Below are positions 8,729-18,752 of a stretch of 59,994 bases of DNA, piece after piece. The notes beneath the pieces were generated by a model. It was not told the DNA's origin. It saw only the letters and a list, made by a program, of their open reading frames with translations, and did not search any database. Within the stretch, counting starts at the first letter, position 1. Every line of letters begins with the position of its first letter. The stretch is from the IMG/VR virus record IMGVR_UViG_3300029616_000006; one strand, 5' to 3'. The position numbers and the translations under genes were made by a program. Source of the stretch: a virus.

Positions 8729-9790
8729 ATGAATTCAATTATGGATTTAGTTAGTGCTAAAGCATTAACAACATATTGGCAAGAAACAGTAAGTAATCGA
8801 ATTCCTTATCTAGGTGAAGGGTTATTCCCAGCTAAAAAGAAAATGGGATTGGACCTTGCTTGGATTAAAGGTTACAAAGGATTACCTATTGCATTAAAAC
8901 CAAGTCATTTCGATACTAAAGCAACAGTAAGAGATAGAATTGGTGTTAAAAAGATTGAAACTGAAATGCCATTCTTCAGAGAAGCAATGACTATTAAAGA
9001 AAGAGATAGGCAAGAATTATTAAGATTTAGAGAGAATGACCCTCAAAGCTTATATAGTTCTATCATTTCTGAAATCTTTGATGATAGAGCACAATTGATT
9101 GAAGGTGCCTTAATTCAAAGTGAACGTATGAGAATGCAATTACTTACTACTGGTGGAATTAGCATTGTTGCTAATAATGTGGATTATACTTATAACTATG
9201 ATGTGGATGGAGAGTGGAAGAAAAATAATTACTTAGCATTATCTGGTACTTCATTATGGTCAGATACTACTAACAGTACACCATTAGAAGATATTAGAGA
9301 AATGCAACAAAAGATAGTAGATTTAACAGGAGTAAAACCAACAAGAGCAATTATGACTCAAAAAACTTGGAATTACTTACTACAAAATAAATCTATTAAA
9401 ATTGCGTTGAATCCATTAGCACAAGGATTAAACTTAGTAAGAGATGCAGAACTTAAATCTTTACTATTAAGTGAACTTGGTTTAAGTGTTGCTATCTATG
9501 ATAAGAAATTCAAAGCTGAAGATGGAACAACACATAACTTCTATCCAGACGGTTACGTTACATTATTACCTGCTAGTACAGTTGGTAATACATATTATGG
9601 TACTACTCCAGAGGAAGCAGATTTACAATCTATGAACTTTAACGGAGATGTATCAATCGTTGAAACAGGTATTGCCGTTACTACAGTTAATATTCCACAT
9701 CCAGTAAATAAAGAAACAATTGTATCTGAAATCGTTTTACCTTCTTTTGAAAGAATGAACGAAGTTGCTACGATGAAAGTGGCAGCCTAA
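8729..9790 (+). CDS. Major capsid protein (lambda gpE-like family)
   Basis: 353 aa; N-terminus ...NRIPYLGEGLFPAKKK...LAWIKG resembles the capsid-E family; followed by a terminator. Confidence 0.8.
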   Translation: MNSIMDLVSAKALTTYWQETVSNRIPYLGEGLFPAKKKMGLDLAWIKGYKGLPIALKPSHFDTKATVRDRIGVKKIETEMPFFREAMTIKERDRQELLRFRENDPQSLYSSIISEIFDDRAQLIEGALIQSERMRMQLLTTGGISIVANNVDYTYNYDVDGEWKKNNYLALSGTSLWSDTTNSTPLEDIREMQQKIVDLTGVKPTRAIMTQKTWNYLLQNKSIKIALNPLAQGLNLVRDAELKSLLLSELGLSVAIYDKKFKAEDGTTHNFYPDGYVTLLPASTVGNTYYGTTPEEADLQSMNFNGDVSIVETGIAVTTVNIPHPVNKETIVSEIVLPSFERMNEVATMKVAA

Positions 9791-9797
9791 CAGTAAT

Positions 9798-9828
9798 GGA
9801 AGGTTGAAATATACCTTCCTTTATTTTT
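9798..9828 (+). terminator. Rho-independent terminator/attenuator after the capsid gene
   Basis: GGAAGGT / ACCTTCC 7-bp stem, 8-nt loop, TTTATTTTT tail. Confidence 0.7.
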
Positions 9829-9851
9829 AATAAAAGAAAGGAGAATTGATT

Positions 9852-10229
9852 ATGAGATTTGCTTTTCCAGTAAAACACAATGGTGTTTTATATGAAGCAG
9901 GTAAAGAAGTTCCTATTGGTAAAGAACCTAAGGTAGAAAACCAAGTAGAGGATAAAACTGCTTCAGAACTTTCTAAAGAATTAGAAGAAAAGTATGGAAT
10001 TAAAATGGCTCCTCAAAAAGGTAAGAAGGCATTACTAGAAGCTTTATCAGAGGCAGAAGTAAAAGCTGGAGAATTATCTAAAGAGGAAGAAGAGGAAGAG
10101 GAAGACGAAGAATTAGAAGAACCAAAAGATGACGAAGAAACTGGTGAATCTAATGAAGATGAATTAGAAGAAGGTTCTAATCCAGAAGATAATGAAGATG
10201 ATTTATTAAATCAAATCATAAATGAATAA
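9852..10229 (+). CDS. Acidic (poly-Glu/Asp) protein, unknown function
   Basis: ATG 9852 sits 10 nt after AGGAG; C-terminal half is E/D-rich. Confidence 0.6.
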   Translation: MRFAFPVKHNGVLYEAGKEVPIGKEPKVENQVEDKTASELSKELEEKYGIKMAPQKGKKALLEALSEAEVKAGELSKEEEEEEEDEELEEPKDDEETGESNEDELEEGSNPEDNEDDLLNQIINE

Positions 10230-10251
10230 GAATTAGCGAGGAGGTGCTAAT

Positions 10252-10689
10252 ATGGAAGAGGTAAAGAAAATCTTAGATTATAAGTTAAAGAAACTTCTAG
10301 GCGATAAAGCCACATCAGTTACTGATGAAGATAAGGAGTTTATATTAGCACAGGCTAAGAGTAAAATTCAAGCATATTGTCATAGAAGTGATATGCCTAA
10401 GACTATCTATTATATATGGGTAGATATGTCAATTGAAATATTAAAAACAATCGATAGTAAATTATTTGAAAAAGATTCAATGTCCGAAGAAGAGTTAGTG
10501 AAAAGAGTTACGAGTATTAAAGCTGGTGATACTACTATTGCCGTAGGTGCGGGAAATACAGATGATACTATAGACACTGGATATACACCAACAGCCGATG
10601 ATGATGCTATACTTAATAGTTTTACTAAACAGTTAATGGCATTTAGAAAGTTCGCTGGTGGTTGTGGATGTGGTATAGATGGCATTTAA
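10252..10689 (+). CDS. Head-tail connector (gp6-like) protein, putative
   Basis: 145 aa directly after the head genes; GAGGAGG SD; assigned mainly by position. Confidence 0.45.
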   Translation: MEEVKKILDYKLKKLLGDKATSVTDEDKEFILAQAKSKIQAYCHRSDMPKTIYYIWVDMSIEILKTIDSKLFEKDSMSEEELVKRVTSIKAGDTTIAVGAGNTDDTIDTGYTPTADDDAILNSFTKQLMAFRKFAGGCGCGIDGI

Positions 10690-11068
10690 TTTAAGACCAT
10701 TCGGTAAAGTATTAAATACATTTATGTATGGAGATACCTGTACCATCAGTAGAATTAAAAAGGGTGAAGATATATACGGAGCAAGCCAACCACAAGGAAG
10801 GGAAGAAGTATATAAAGATATACCTTGTAAGTTTAGTTTTACTGAAAAGGATAATCCTTCAGATAGTAATGGAACATATATGCCAGTATTAAAACAAGTT
10901 GTAGTATTTACAGATTTAGATTATAATATAATTGCTGGTGATTATATTAGTGGTTATAGAATAGATAATCAGTCTGGGGTAAAACAATTAGTTGAAGGTA
11001 TATGTGGAGAACCAAATAGATTCGATACCCACCAAGAAATTCCAATTCAAATAGATGAGGAAAACTAA
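10679..11068 (+). CDS. Head closure / head-tail adaptor, putative
   Basis: 129 aa; overlaps its neighbours; assigned by position only. Confidence 0.35.
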   Translation: MAFNLRPFGKVLNTFMYGDTCTISRIKKGEDIYGASQPQGREEVYKDIPCKFSFTEKDNPSDSNGTYMPVLKQVVVFTDLDYNIIAGDYISGYRIDNQSGVKQLVEGICGEPNRFDTHQEIPIQIDEEN

Positions 11069-11490
11069 TGGCTTACGGATATTCAATTGATACTAAAGCT
11101 ATAAGTCAATATCAAAGAAATGTCTTGGAGGCATCAAAAAAGCTAAAAGATTTCGAAAGAAGATTCTTAGAAACATTAGCTGGTATGGTTATGGAAAAGG
11201 TAATACCAAGAACGCCAGTAGATACTGGTAGGTTAAGAAGAAGTTGGAAGATTTCTAAGGTAACTGAGAAAGGTGATACCTTAGAAATAACTATATTCAA
11301 TGATGCTAGGGATAATGGTATGGATGAAAGCTATGCCTCATACGTAGAATATGGACATTTTACTAGAGGTAGAGTTAGTTGGGTTGAAGGTGTATGGATG
11401 TTAACAGTTTCTACCGATGAGGTAAAAAACGAGATGTCCAGGGTATGGAACCGACTATTTAATGAATTTGTAAAGGAGGCAGGATTATAG
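11068..11490 (+). CDS. HK97 gp10-like tail-completion protein
   Basis: PVDTGRLRRSWK motif typical of the HK97 gp10 family. Confidence 0.6.
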   Translation: MAYGYSIDTKAISQYQRNVLEASKKLKDFERRFLETLAGMVMEKVIPRTPVDTGRLRRSWKISKVTEKGDTLEITIFNDARDNGMDESYASYVEYGHFTRGRVSWVEGVWMLTVSTDEVKNEMSRVWNRLFNEFVKEAGL

Positions 11491-11491
11491 T

Positions 11492-11986
11492 ATGAACATA
11501 GAAATTACTGAGAATATAATTCGAGGTTCTATAGTATATGCTTTAAAGAATGCTTTTGGAGATTCATATAAATATTACGATGAGGGGATTCCAGAAGGAT
11601 TTGAAAAACCTTCGTTTGGTGTTAGTAGGGTAGATAATACTAGCCGTAAAGGATATACGGGGCATGAATATAAAATAGCTGATGATACATATCGATATGT
11701 TATTAAATATTTTACTAATGAGAAATATAGTAAAGTAAAAGATATAAATGAAAAAATAGATGTGTTAAAGAAAACGTTTCGTTATTTAGATATAGTAAAT
11801 ATTGTAGGGGATAAAGTATATAGTAAACCAAATAGAATAAATGATATTACTATAGAAGAAAGTGATGGAACCTTATTATTTCAAATAAGTTTTCCAATAC
11901 GAACCGTGGAATATTTGAATCTAGATAAAGTAAAGACGAATACGTTGGTAACACATATAATAAATAAAGAAAAGGAGGAAGAGTAA
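11492..11986 (+). CDS. Tail terminator / sheath-proximal protein, putative
   Basis: 164 aa immediately upstream of the sheath gene; assigned by position only. Confidence 0.3.
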   Translation: MNIEITENIIRGSIVYALKNAFGDSYKYYDEGIPEGFEKPSFGVSRVDNTSRKGYTGHEYKIADDTYRYVIKYFTNEKYSKVKDINEKIDVLKKTFRYLDIVNIVGDKVYSKPNRINDITIEESDGTLLFQISFPIRTVEYLNLDKVKTNTLVTHIINKEKEEE

Positions 11987-11987
11987 T

Positions 11988-13349
11988 ATGGCAGGTGGAG
12001 TTTTCCAAAGTCAAAATAAGATTAGACCTGGTGCTTATATAAAATTCCAAGGTGTTCCAGCACAAGATAACATTGTTGGTAGTCGTGGAGTTATGACAAT
12101 GGCAGCATCAATCGGTTGGGGTCCAGAAGATGAACTAATTACTATTACAGTAAATGATTTATATAATAGTAACTTAGAAAAACTTATTGGATGTAATATT
12201 TATAATGCTAAGGCAAAACTAGTAAAAGCTGCACTAGAGAATGCTCATACTTTATTACTATATCGTGGTGATAAAGGTGGAGTTAAAGCTACAGCTACAT
12301 TATCAGTTGGTGAAAGCATTAACTTAACAGTAACAGCCAAATATGCTGGTACAATTGGTAATACTATTAGTGTTGGTGTTAAACAAGCATATAGTGGTGG
12401 ATATCAAGTTAATACTTACTTAGGTAGCACTCAAAAAGATTCACAAATAGTTACCAATATTAGCGAATTAGTAAGTAATGACTTTGTAGATTTCAGTGGT
12501 ACTGGTGCCATTGCAAAAGAGGTAGTTAATACATTACTAACTACAGGAGCAGATGGAACATTTACTACTCAAAACTATACAGAGTATTTAGCATTATTGA
12601 AAACTAAAGAATTTGATACATTAGCAGCATATAAGTTTGATGATGATGCGGAATTATTTAATGGTTCTGATATTAAAGATTTCATTCAAGAAATGAGAGA
12701 AACTAGAGGAATTAAATGTCAAGCAGTTATCAATAACTATGCAGCAGCTAATTACGAAGGTGTTATTAGTACATATAACCAAGGAGTTAAGTATTCTGAT
12801 GGTACTGAATTAAGTGGAGAGGAAATGGTAGTATGGGTTGCTGGTGCTACAGCAGGTGCCGATATTACAGAATCTAATACTTATAAAGTAGTTGCAAATG
12901 CCGTTGAAGTTACTGGTACAGTAATTGAAGATGACATTGAAAACTTAATTCAAACTGGTTACCTAATTATTAGCCAAAGAAGAGATGGTGCAATTGTTAT
13001 TGAAAAAGACATCAATACCTTAGTTAATCTTAGAGATGATGTTACTAAAGCATTCAAAGAAAATAAAGTTATTAGATTATTGGATGCAGTTGCTAATCAC
13101 ATTGCATTAGATTTCGAACAAAATTATATTGGTAAGGTTACTTCAGATAGTACTGGTCTTTCATTATTCAAAGCAAGTATTATTACCTACTTAACAGAGT
13201 TACAAACTAGTGGGGCAATTATAAACTTCAATAGTTCAACAGACGTTTTAGTAGAAGCTGGAGAACAAGAAGATTCATTCTATTCTGAAATCTATATCCA
13301 ACCAACATACAGTGTAGATAAACTATATATGGTTGTCAATGTTAGATAA
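11988..13349 (+). CDS. Contractile tail sheath protein (XkdK-like)
   Basis: 453 aa; MAGGVFQSQNKIRPGAYIKF N-terminus typical of sheath proteins; followed by the tube gene. Confidence 0.8.
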   Translation: MAGGVFQSQNKIRPGAYIKFQGVPAQDNIVGSRGVMTMAASIGWGPEDELITITVNDLYNSNLEKLIGCNIYNAKAKLVKAALENAHTLLLYRGDKGGVKATATLSVGESINLTVTAKYAGTIGNTISVGVKQAYSGGYQVNTYLGSTQKDSQIVTNISELVSNDFVDFSGTGAIAKEVVNTLLTTGADGTFTTQNYTEYLALLKTKEFDTLAAYKFDDDAELFNGSDIKDFIQEMRETRGIKCQAVINNYAAANYEGVISTYNQGVKYSDGTELSGEEMVVWVAGATAGADITESNTYKVVANAVEVTGTVIEDDIENLIQTGYLIISQRRDGAIVIEKDINTLVNLRDDVTKAFKENKVIRLLDAVANHIALDFEQNYIGKVTSDSTGLSLFKASIITYLTELQTSGAIINFNSSTDVLVEAGEQEDSFYSEIYIQPTYSVDKLYMVVNVR

Positions 13350-13373
13350 TAAATAAGAGAGGAGATGTTGTAG

Positions 13374-13841
13374 ATGAAAACATTAAAAGCTAGTGATATT
13401 CCTGCTGGTTCAGAAGCCGTTGCCTATATTGAGGTAGATGGTAAAATTGAGGAATTCTTCTATGCTAAAAGTATTGAAGCAACAGCCGAACTTAATAAAT
13501 CAGAAGTTAAAGTAATGGGTAAAAGAGGAGTACAGAATAAGGCTACAGGATGGACTGGTTCTGGTTCTATGACAATCTATTACGTAACAACTATATTTAG
13601 AAATATGCTATTAAAATACGCAAAGGAAGGTATTCTACCAGCATTTAAGTTGGTAGTTACTAATGAAGATAAAGGTACTACTATTGGTAAACAAACAGTA
13701 TGCCTTTACGATTGCGTAATTGATAGTGTTAATCTAGCTAAGTTCGATGTTGAATCAGATGCATTAGATGAAGATATGGACTTCACATTCAGTGATTTCG
13801 ATATCCTAGACAGTTTTGGTAATCCAGTTTATACAGATTAG
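13374..13841 (+). CDS. Tail tube protein (XkdM-like)
   Basis: 155 aa directly after the sheath gene. Confidence 0.7.
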   Translation: MKTLKASDIPAGSEAVAYIEVDGKIEEFFYAKSIEATAELNKSEVKVMGKRGVQNKATGWTGSGSMTIYYVTTIFRNMLLKYAKEGILPAFKLVVTNEDKGTTIGKQTVCLYDCVIDSVNLAKFDVESDALDEDMDFTFSDFDILDSFGNPVYTD

Positions 13842-13967
13842 TCAAAACAGTAAGCATAACCGAGGCAATTTGGTAAGTTATAGATGGAATCAATATAAAT
13901 TATCGGTTAAGTCTAAACTTACCTTATATGCCGAGAAAACTGGCAAATAAGAGGAGGAGATGATTAT

Positions 13968-14390
13968 ATGTCAGCATTAAAAGATTTCTTATTGGAGAAT
14001 TCAGATGCAATTAGTAAAGATGTAGAAGTTGCTATTAGTCCTAGATTTAAAGACAAAGATGGTAAATTACTAAAGTTTAAAATCCGCCCAATGAATGGAG
14101 AAGAATTTGGTAATTACCAGAAACAATGTACTACAATTAAAATGAATGGTAAGAAAAGAGAAACTTCATTCGATAGCGCTAAGTTTAACAATCTTTGTAT
14201 TATAAATCACTGCGTAGACCCAAACTTTAAAGAAGCAGATTTCTTAAAAGGTCTTGGAGTACAAACACCAGAGCAAGCAGTTGCTAAAGTATTACTAGCA
14301 GGAGAAATAGTAGAACTAGGAAATCAGATTAGTAGAGTTTCTGGATTCGATGTAGATATCAATGATGAAATAGAAGAAGCAAAAAACTAA
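13968..14390 (+). CDS. Tail assembly chaperone (XkdN-like), short form
   Basis: 140 aa upstream of the tape measure gene; ends in the A_AAA_AAC slippery site. Confidence 0.75.
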   Translation: MSALKDFLLENSDAISKDVEVAISPRFKDKDGKLLKFKIRPMNGEEFGNYQKQCTTIKMNGKKRETSFDSAKFNNLCIINHCVDPNFKEADFLKGLGVQTPEQAVAKVLLAGEIVELGNQISRVSGFDVDINDEIEEAKN

Positions 14391-14578
14391 TTGCGGAAGG
14401 TGATGGCGAAACAATGTACGCATACTTCGCTTTCCATAAAATACACATGAGGCCTTCCGAATTCGCCAATTTACCGGTGAAAGAGAAGGCCTTAATTATT
14501 GCCTTTATTGATGAGTATGAAAAAGAAAAGAAAAAAGAAAATGCTAAAATGAGGGCAGCTTCTAGAAAGAAAAAATAA
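13968..14578 (+). CDS. Tail assembly chaperone, long -1 frameshift form, join(13968..14387,14387..14578)
   Basis: The downstream 64-codon frame (...FAFHKIHMRPSEFANLPVKEKALIIAFIDEYEKEKK...) has no SD or start; canonical G/GT-type arrangement. Confidence 0.7.
14381..14387 (+). other. Programmed -1 frameshift heptamer A_AAA_AAC
   Basis: Zero-frame reading is GCA AAA AAC TAA; the -1 frame is open from 14369 to the stop at 14576-14578. Confidence 0.75.
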
Positions 14579-14604
14579 TGCGTACGGAATAGGAGGGTGA
14601 AATT

Positions 14605-17055
14605 ATGGCTACTATCAGTTCAGTATTTAAAATGCAAGACAATGCTACTAAGACATTTAATAGTGTTGCCGGTGCTATGGATAATGTAATAGATAAAGCC
14701 GATATGCTTGCCAATAAGTCCTCCAACTTAGATACTGGGGCATCTACTATTAACCCAGCTCTAAACCAAGCAATATCTAAATATAACGAGTTAATTAGTA
14801 AACAAGATAGAATTAACGAAAAGATAGAAATGATGAGTAGGCAAGAAAAACTATTGGTAAATGATTTGAATAGGGAGAAAGGTGCCTATAATCAGAACGA
14901 AAAAGCTATATTTAGAATTGAAAAGAATTTAATGAATGTTAGAAATTCTAAACAAGATTTGATTAACAAATCAGATAAATTAACCGAAGAAATTCTAAAC
15001 CAAGCAAATGCAGTCAATAAGGTTGCTGATAATACTGATAAAATAAAAGTACCTCAAGATGGTGTTGAAAGTGGTTTTAGTAAATGGCAAACTAATGTAA
15101 TTGCTATTAACCAAGCATTACAATTAACTAAGAGCATTGCTGGTGGTGTTAAAAAGGTATTGGATTATTCAGATTCATTAACATTAACTAAAGCAAGATT
15201 AGATTTAATAAATGATGGTCAAAGAACAACAGCAGAATTGCAAAATGAAATATTCTATGCTGCACAAAGGTCAAGAGGTTCATATGAAGATATGTCTAAG
15301 TCAGTTGCTAAGTTAGGATTACTTGCTGGTGATGCATTTAGCAGCAATGATGAGATGATAGCATTTAGCGAGATGATGACTAAATCCTTCAAAGTTTCTG
15401 GAGCATCACAACAAGAGATTAGTTCAGCAACATACCAATTAACTCAAGCGATGGCAGCAGGTAAGTTACAAGGTGATGAATTCCGAAGCATTATGGAAAA
15501 TGCACCAATGTTAGCAGATGCTATTGCTAAGTATATGGGTAAATCTAAAGGGGAATTGAAAGAATTATCTAGTGAAGGTGTAATTACAGCGGATATAATT
15601 AAAGCAGCATTATTCAATGCCGCAGATGATATCAATGCTAAATACGAAGAAATGCCAAAAACTTTTGGAGATGCTATGACTAATATTAAAAATGTTGCTA
15701 GTAGATATCTCCAACCAGTAGCAGATAAGATAACTGAAATGTTAAATAGTGAGGAATTTAATACCATACTAAATAACATACTAAAGGGAATTCAATGGTT
15801 TGCTGGATTGGTTATGATGGCATTTACTGGAGTTGGGAACGCAATTCAGTTCTTCAAAGATAATATGTGGCTAACCATACCAATTATTACTGCCATTGGT
15901 ATAGTAATGGGAACAAGTTTACTTACATCAATCAATAATGTAACTTGGGGTTTACTAAAACAGGCAGCAGCGTGGTTAGCAGCTAATTGGCAAATAGCTT
16001 TAATTGCCGGAGTGTTATTGATAGTAATTGGAGTTATGGTTGCTATGAAAGCACCGATGGAAGCAATTATAGGAGTAATCTTATTGATAGTTGCAGCACT
16101 GGCTGCTTGGAAAATTGCTCAATGGGCAGCAAATACTGCTATGTATGCTTGTCCGATTGTTTGGATTATAGTTTTAGTTATAGCATTGGTTGCAGCGATT
16201 TATCTATTTATAGATTGGATTGCTAAAGCAACCGGAATAGCAAGCAGTGGTTTAGGAATAATAGCTGGTGGTGTAAATGTAGTTATTCAATTCTTTAAAA
16301 ACTTAGGACTAATGGTAGCAAATATTGCCTTAGCAATAGGAAATGCCATTGGTGCCTTAGCAAGTAATATGATGACGGCATTCGGAAATGCTATTAAGAG
16401 TATTCAAGCTTGGTTCTGGGGATTATTGGAAACAGGAACAAATGTAATTCTAGGTATAGTTGAATTATTAAATAAATTACCATTCGTTGATATAGATACT
16501 AAAGGTCTTACTAGTGCCGCTAAGAAATATGCTAAGAAGAAATCTGAAGCAGAAGATTCAAAAGAAGAGTATAAGAACGTTGCGGATGAGTTTAACAAAG
16601 GTATGAATACCTTTGAAGCATTCGGTGATAACTGGGTAAGTGATGCCTTTAATGATGGTAAAGCATGGGGAGACAATGTTGCCAATAGTATTGGTGAGGC
16701 GGTTGGTTCATTTGACCCAACAAAAGCACTAGGAGGTATATTACCAGATGACCCATCAAGTATGGGACAAGAATTTGATTTTGGTGCCTTAGCAGATAAT
16801 GCTGGTAATATTCCAGTTTCATTAGAACAGGATAAAACTGGAAATAAGGAAGTAGATATTTCAGACGAAGATTTGAAAATGCTAAAAGATATTGCTACAA
16901 GAGATTATATGCTAAACTATAAGCATATAACACCAAACGTAAACATTCAATTCGGAGATGTAAAAGAAACAGCAGACATAAATGCTATCAAAGATGAATT
17001 AGATAAAATGATGCAAGAAGAATTATCCGAATTGTATGTAGTAGAGGAGGCTTAA
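14605..17055 (+). CDS. Tape measure protein
   Basis: 816 aa; coiled-coil N-terminus plus a long hydrophobic central segment; follows the chaperone pair. Confidence 0.85.
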   Translation: MATISSVFKMQDNATKTFNSVAGAMDNVIDKADMLANKSSNLDTGASTINPALNQAISKYNELISKQDRINEKIEMMSRQEKLLVNDLNREKGAYNQNEKAIFRIEKNLMNVRNSKQDLINKSDKLTEEILNQANAVNKVADNTDKIKVPQDGVESGFSKWQTNVIAINQALQLTKSIAGGVKKVLDYSDSLTLTKARLDLINDGQRTTAELQNEIFYAAQRSRGSYEDMSKSVAKLGLLAGDAFSSNDEMIAFSEMMTKSFKVSGASQQEISSATYQLTQAMAAGKLQGDEFRSIMENAPMLADAIAKYMGKSKGELKELSSEGVITADIIKAALFNAADDINAKYEEMPKTFGDAMTNIKNVASRYLQPVADKITEMLNSEEFNTILNNILKGIQWFAGLVMMAFTGVGNAIQFFKDNMWLTIPIITAIGIVMGTSLLTSINNVTWGLLKQAAAWLAANWQIALIAGVLLIVIGVMVAMKAPMEAIIGVILLIVAALAAWKIAQWAANTAMYACPIVWIIVLVIALVAAIYLFIDWIAKATGIASSGLGIIAGGVNVVIQFFKNLGLMVANIALAIGNAIGALASNMMTAFGNAIKSIQAWFWGLLETGTNVILGIVELLNKLPFVDIDTKGLTSAAKKYAKKKSEAEDSKEEYKNVADEFNKGMNTFEAFGDNWVSDAFNDGKAWGDNVANSIGEAVGSFDPTKALGGILPDDPSSMGQEFDFGALADNAGNIPVSLEQDKTGNKEVDISDEDLKMLKDIATRDYMLNYKHITPNVNIQFGDVKETADINAIKDELDKMMQEELSELYVVEEA

Positions 17056-17056
17056 G

Positions 17057-17749
17057 ATGATAAGTTTTTTCGCAAAGTATAACGATAGAATAGTACAATT
17101 ACCGGTCAATCCAGAAGATATTACTATTAGCGGAAGCTCTAGTAATGATACTACTGATACGGTTGGTCAAGGTGAAATTAGTAATATAGGGTTTCCAGGG
17201 TTAAAGGAACTAACTATTAGTTCCTTTTTCCCTAAACGCTATAATGGAGAGTTATATATAAATACTGGTGGACAATTCGAAGAACCAGAATTTTATATAA
17301 AATTCTTTGAAGATATTAAAAAGGATAGAAAACCTTTCAGATTGATTATTACCGACTTAAACATAAATATGTTGGTAAGTATCGAATCATTTAGTAATAC
17401 ATATGCTTATGGTACAGATGATGTAGATTATGAATTAGAGTTAAAAGAATACAAAGAACATAATATTAGAATTCTAAAAGCAACTTCTACAGGATTTGTT
17501 AATGTTGACAGTGTTCAAAAAGTATCATCAGTAACTCCAACTAATACAAATAGTAATAGGTCGGTTGAGAAATCTACACCAAAAACTTATACAGTTGTTA
17601 GTGAGGATAATCTATGGACTATAGCTCAGAGATTACTAGGTGATGGCAGTAGATGGAACGAAATCTACTCATATAATAATAATAAGAGTATCATAGGAGG
17701 AAATCCAAATCTAATTAGACCAGGTCAAGTTCTATCGATACCTAGTTAG
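17057..17749 (+). CDS. LysM-domain tail protein (XkdP-like)
   Basis: C-terminal YTVVSEDNLWTIAQRLLGDGSRWNEIY...IRPGQVLSIP LysM motif. Confidence 0.8.
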   Translation: MISFFAKYNDRIVQLPVNPEDITISGSSSNDTTDTVGQGEISNIGFPGLKELTISSFFPKRYNGELYINTGGQFEEPEFYIKFFEDIKKDRKPFRLIITDLNINMLVSIESFSNTYAYGTDDVDYELELKEYKEHNIRILKATSTGFVNVDSVQKVSSVTPTNTNSNRSVEKSTPKTYTVVSEDNLWTIAQRLLGDGSRWNEIYSYNNNKSIIGGNPNLIRPGQVLSIPS

Positions 17750-17762
17750 GAGGGGAACACTT

Positions 17763-18752
17763 ATGAAGTATGATAGCTTGGAGTTAATAGTACAAAGTTC
17801 GGAAGACGGAACTATATGGGATTTAAGTAATCTAGCAAGTTCAGTTAGTACTAGTAAACCAATTGATAGCTCTACTGGTAAGTGTTCTTTTACTGTAAAT
17901 ACAAGTGTTCATAAAATTAGGATTCCAATGGGTAGTACAGTTAGTTTAACAGTAACCCAAGATGGAAAAAAGAAGGGAAAGTTTTTTGGATATGTATTTA
18001 CTAGTGAACCAAAAGGTAAAGAAGTAAGCATAACTGCTTACGACCAATTAAGATATCTGAAGAATAATGAAACCTATGTACTTACAGGAAGTACAATGGA
18101 AAAGATTATTAAACTAATTGGAAATGATTTTGGATTAAGATTAGGTACGATTGAGGGTAGTGGATATATTTTACCAGAAAGAGTTGAGGATAATAAAGCT
18201 CTTGGAGATATAATTCAAAGGGCAATAGATTTTACCTTACAAGGTACAGGTAAACAGTATATTATTAGAGATGAGTTTGGATACTTATGTTGCAGGGATG
18301 TTTCTAAATTAGTTACTAACTTGGTTGTAGGTGATGTTAGTTTATTAAAAGATTATAGTTATAAAGAAAGTATTGATTCAGATACTTATAATAGTGTTAA
18401 ACTATATAAAGATAACGAAGATACTGGTAAGAGAGAAACTTATATAGTTATGGATAGTAATAACATTAAAAGATGGGGTAAATTACAGAAGTATGAATCA
18501 GTCGATGAAAATATGACGGATGCACAAATAAGAGAGAAGGCTCAGCAATACCTATCTTTATATAACAAAGTACAAAAAACATTAACATTACAATGCGAAG
18601 GAATAATTGATTTGGAGCCAGGTAATGGTATTTATTTAGATATAACCGATATACCTGGAGTAGTATTTAGACAAGCGGCTCTAATAACTAAAATAGATGA
18701 TACGTATGAAGCAGGAATTCATACAATGGATTTGGAGGTGAGGTTCGAATGA
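17763..18752 (+). CDS. Baseplate hub / late-control-D-like protein (XkdQ-like)
   Basis: 329 aa, in the position of xkdQ in the PBSX order. Confidence 0.65.
   Translation: MKYDSLELIVQSSEDGTIWDLSNLASSVSTSKPIDSSTGKCSFTVNTSVHKIRIPMGSTVSLTVTQDGKKKGKFFGYVFTSEPKGKEVSITAYDQLRYLKNNETYVLTGSTMEKIIKLIGNDFGLRLGTIEGSGYILPERVEDNKALGDIIQRAIDFTLQGTGKQYIIRDEFGYLCCRDVSKLVTNLVVGDVSLLKDYSYKESIDSDTYNSVKLYKDNEDTGKRETYIVMDSNNIKRWGKLQKYESVDENMTDAQIREKAQQYLSLYNKVQKTLTLQCEGIIDLEPGNGIYLDITDIPGVVFRQAALITKIDDTYEAGIHTMDLEVRFE

Noticed and set aside
15987-16226. Plus-strand alternative-frame ORF inside the tape measure gene
   Set aside because: It is embedded in the hydrophobic core region of the tape measure gene. Its translation is Cys/Ser-rich low complexity and it has no SD.
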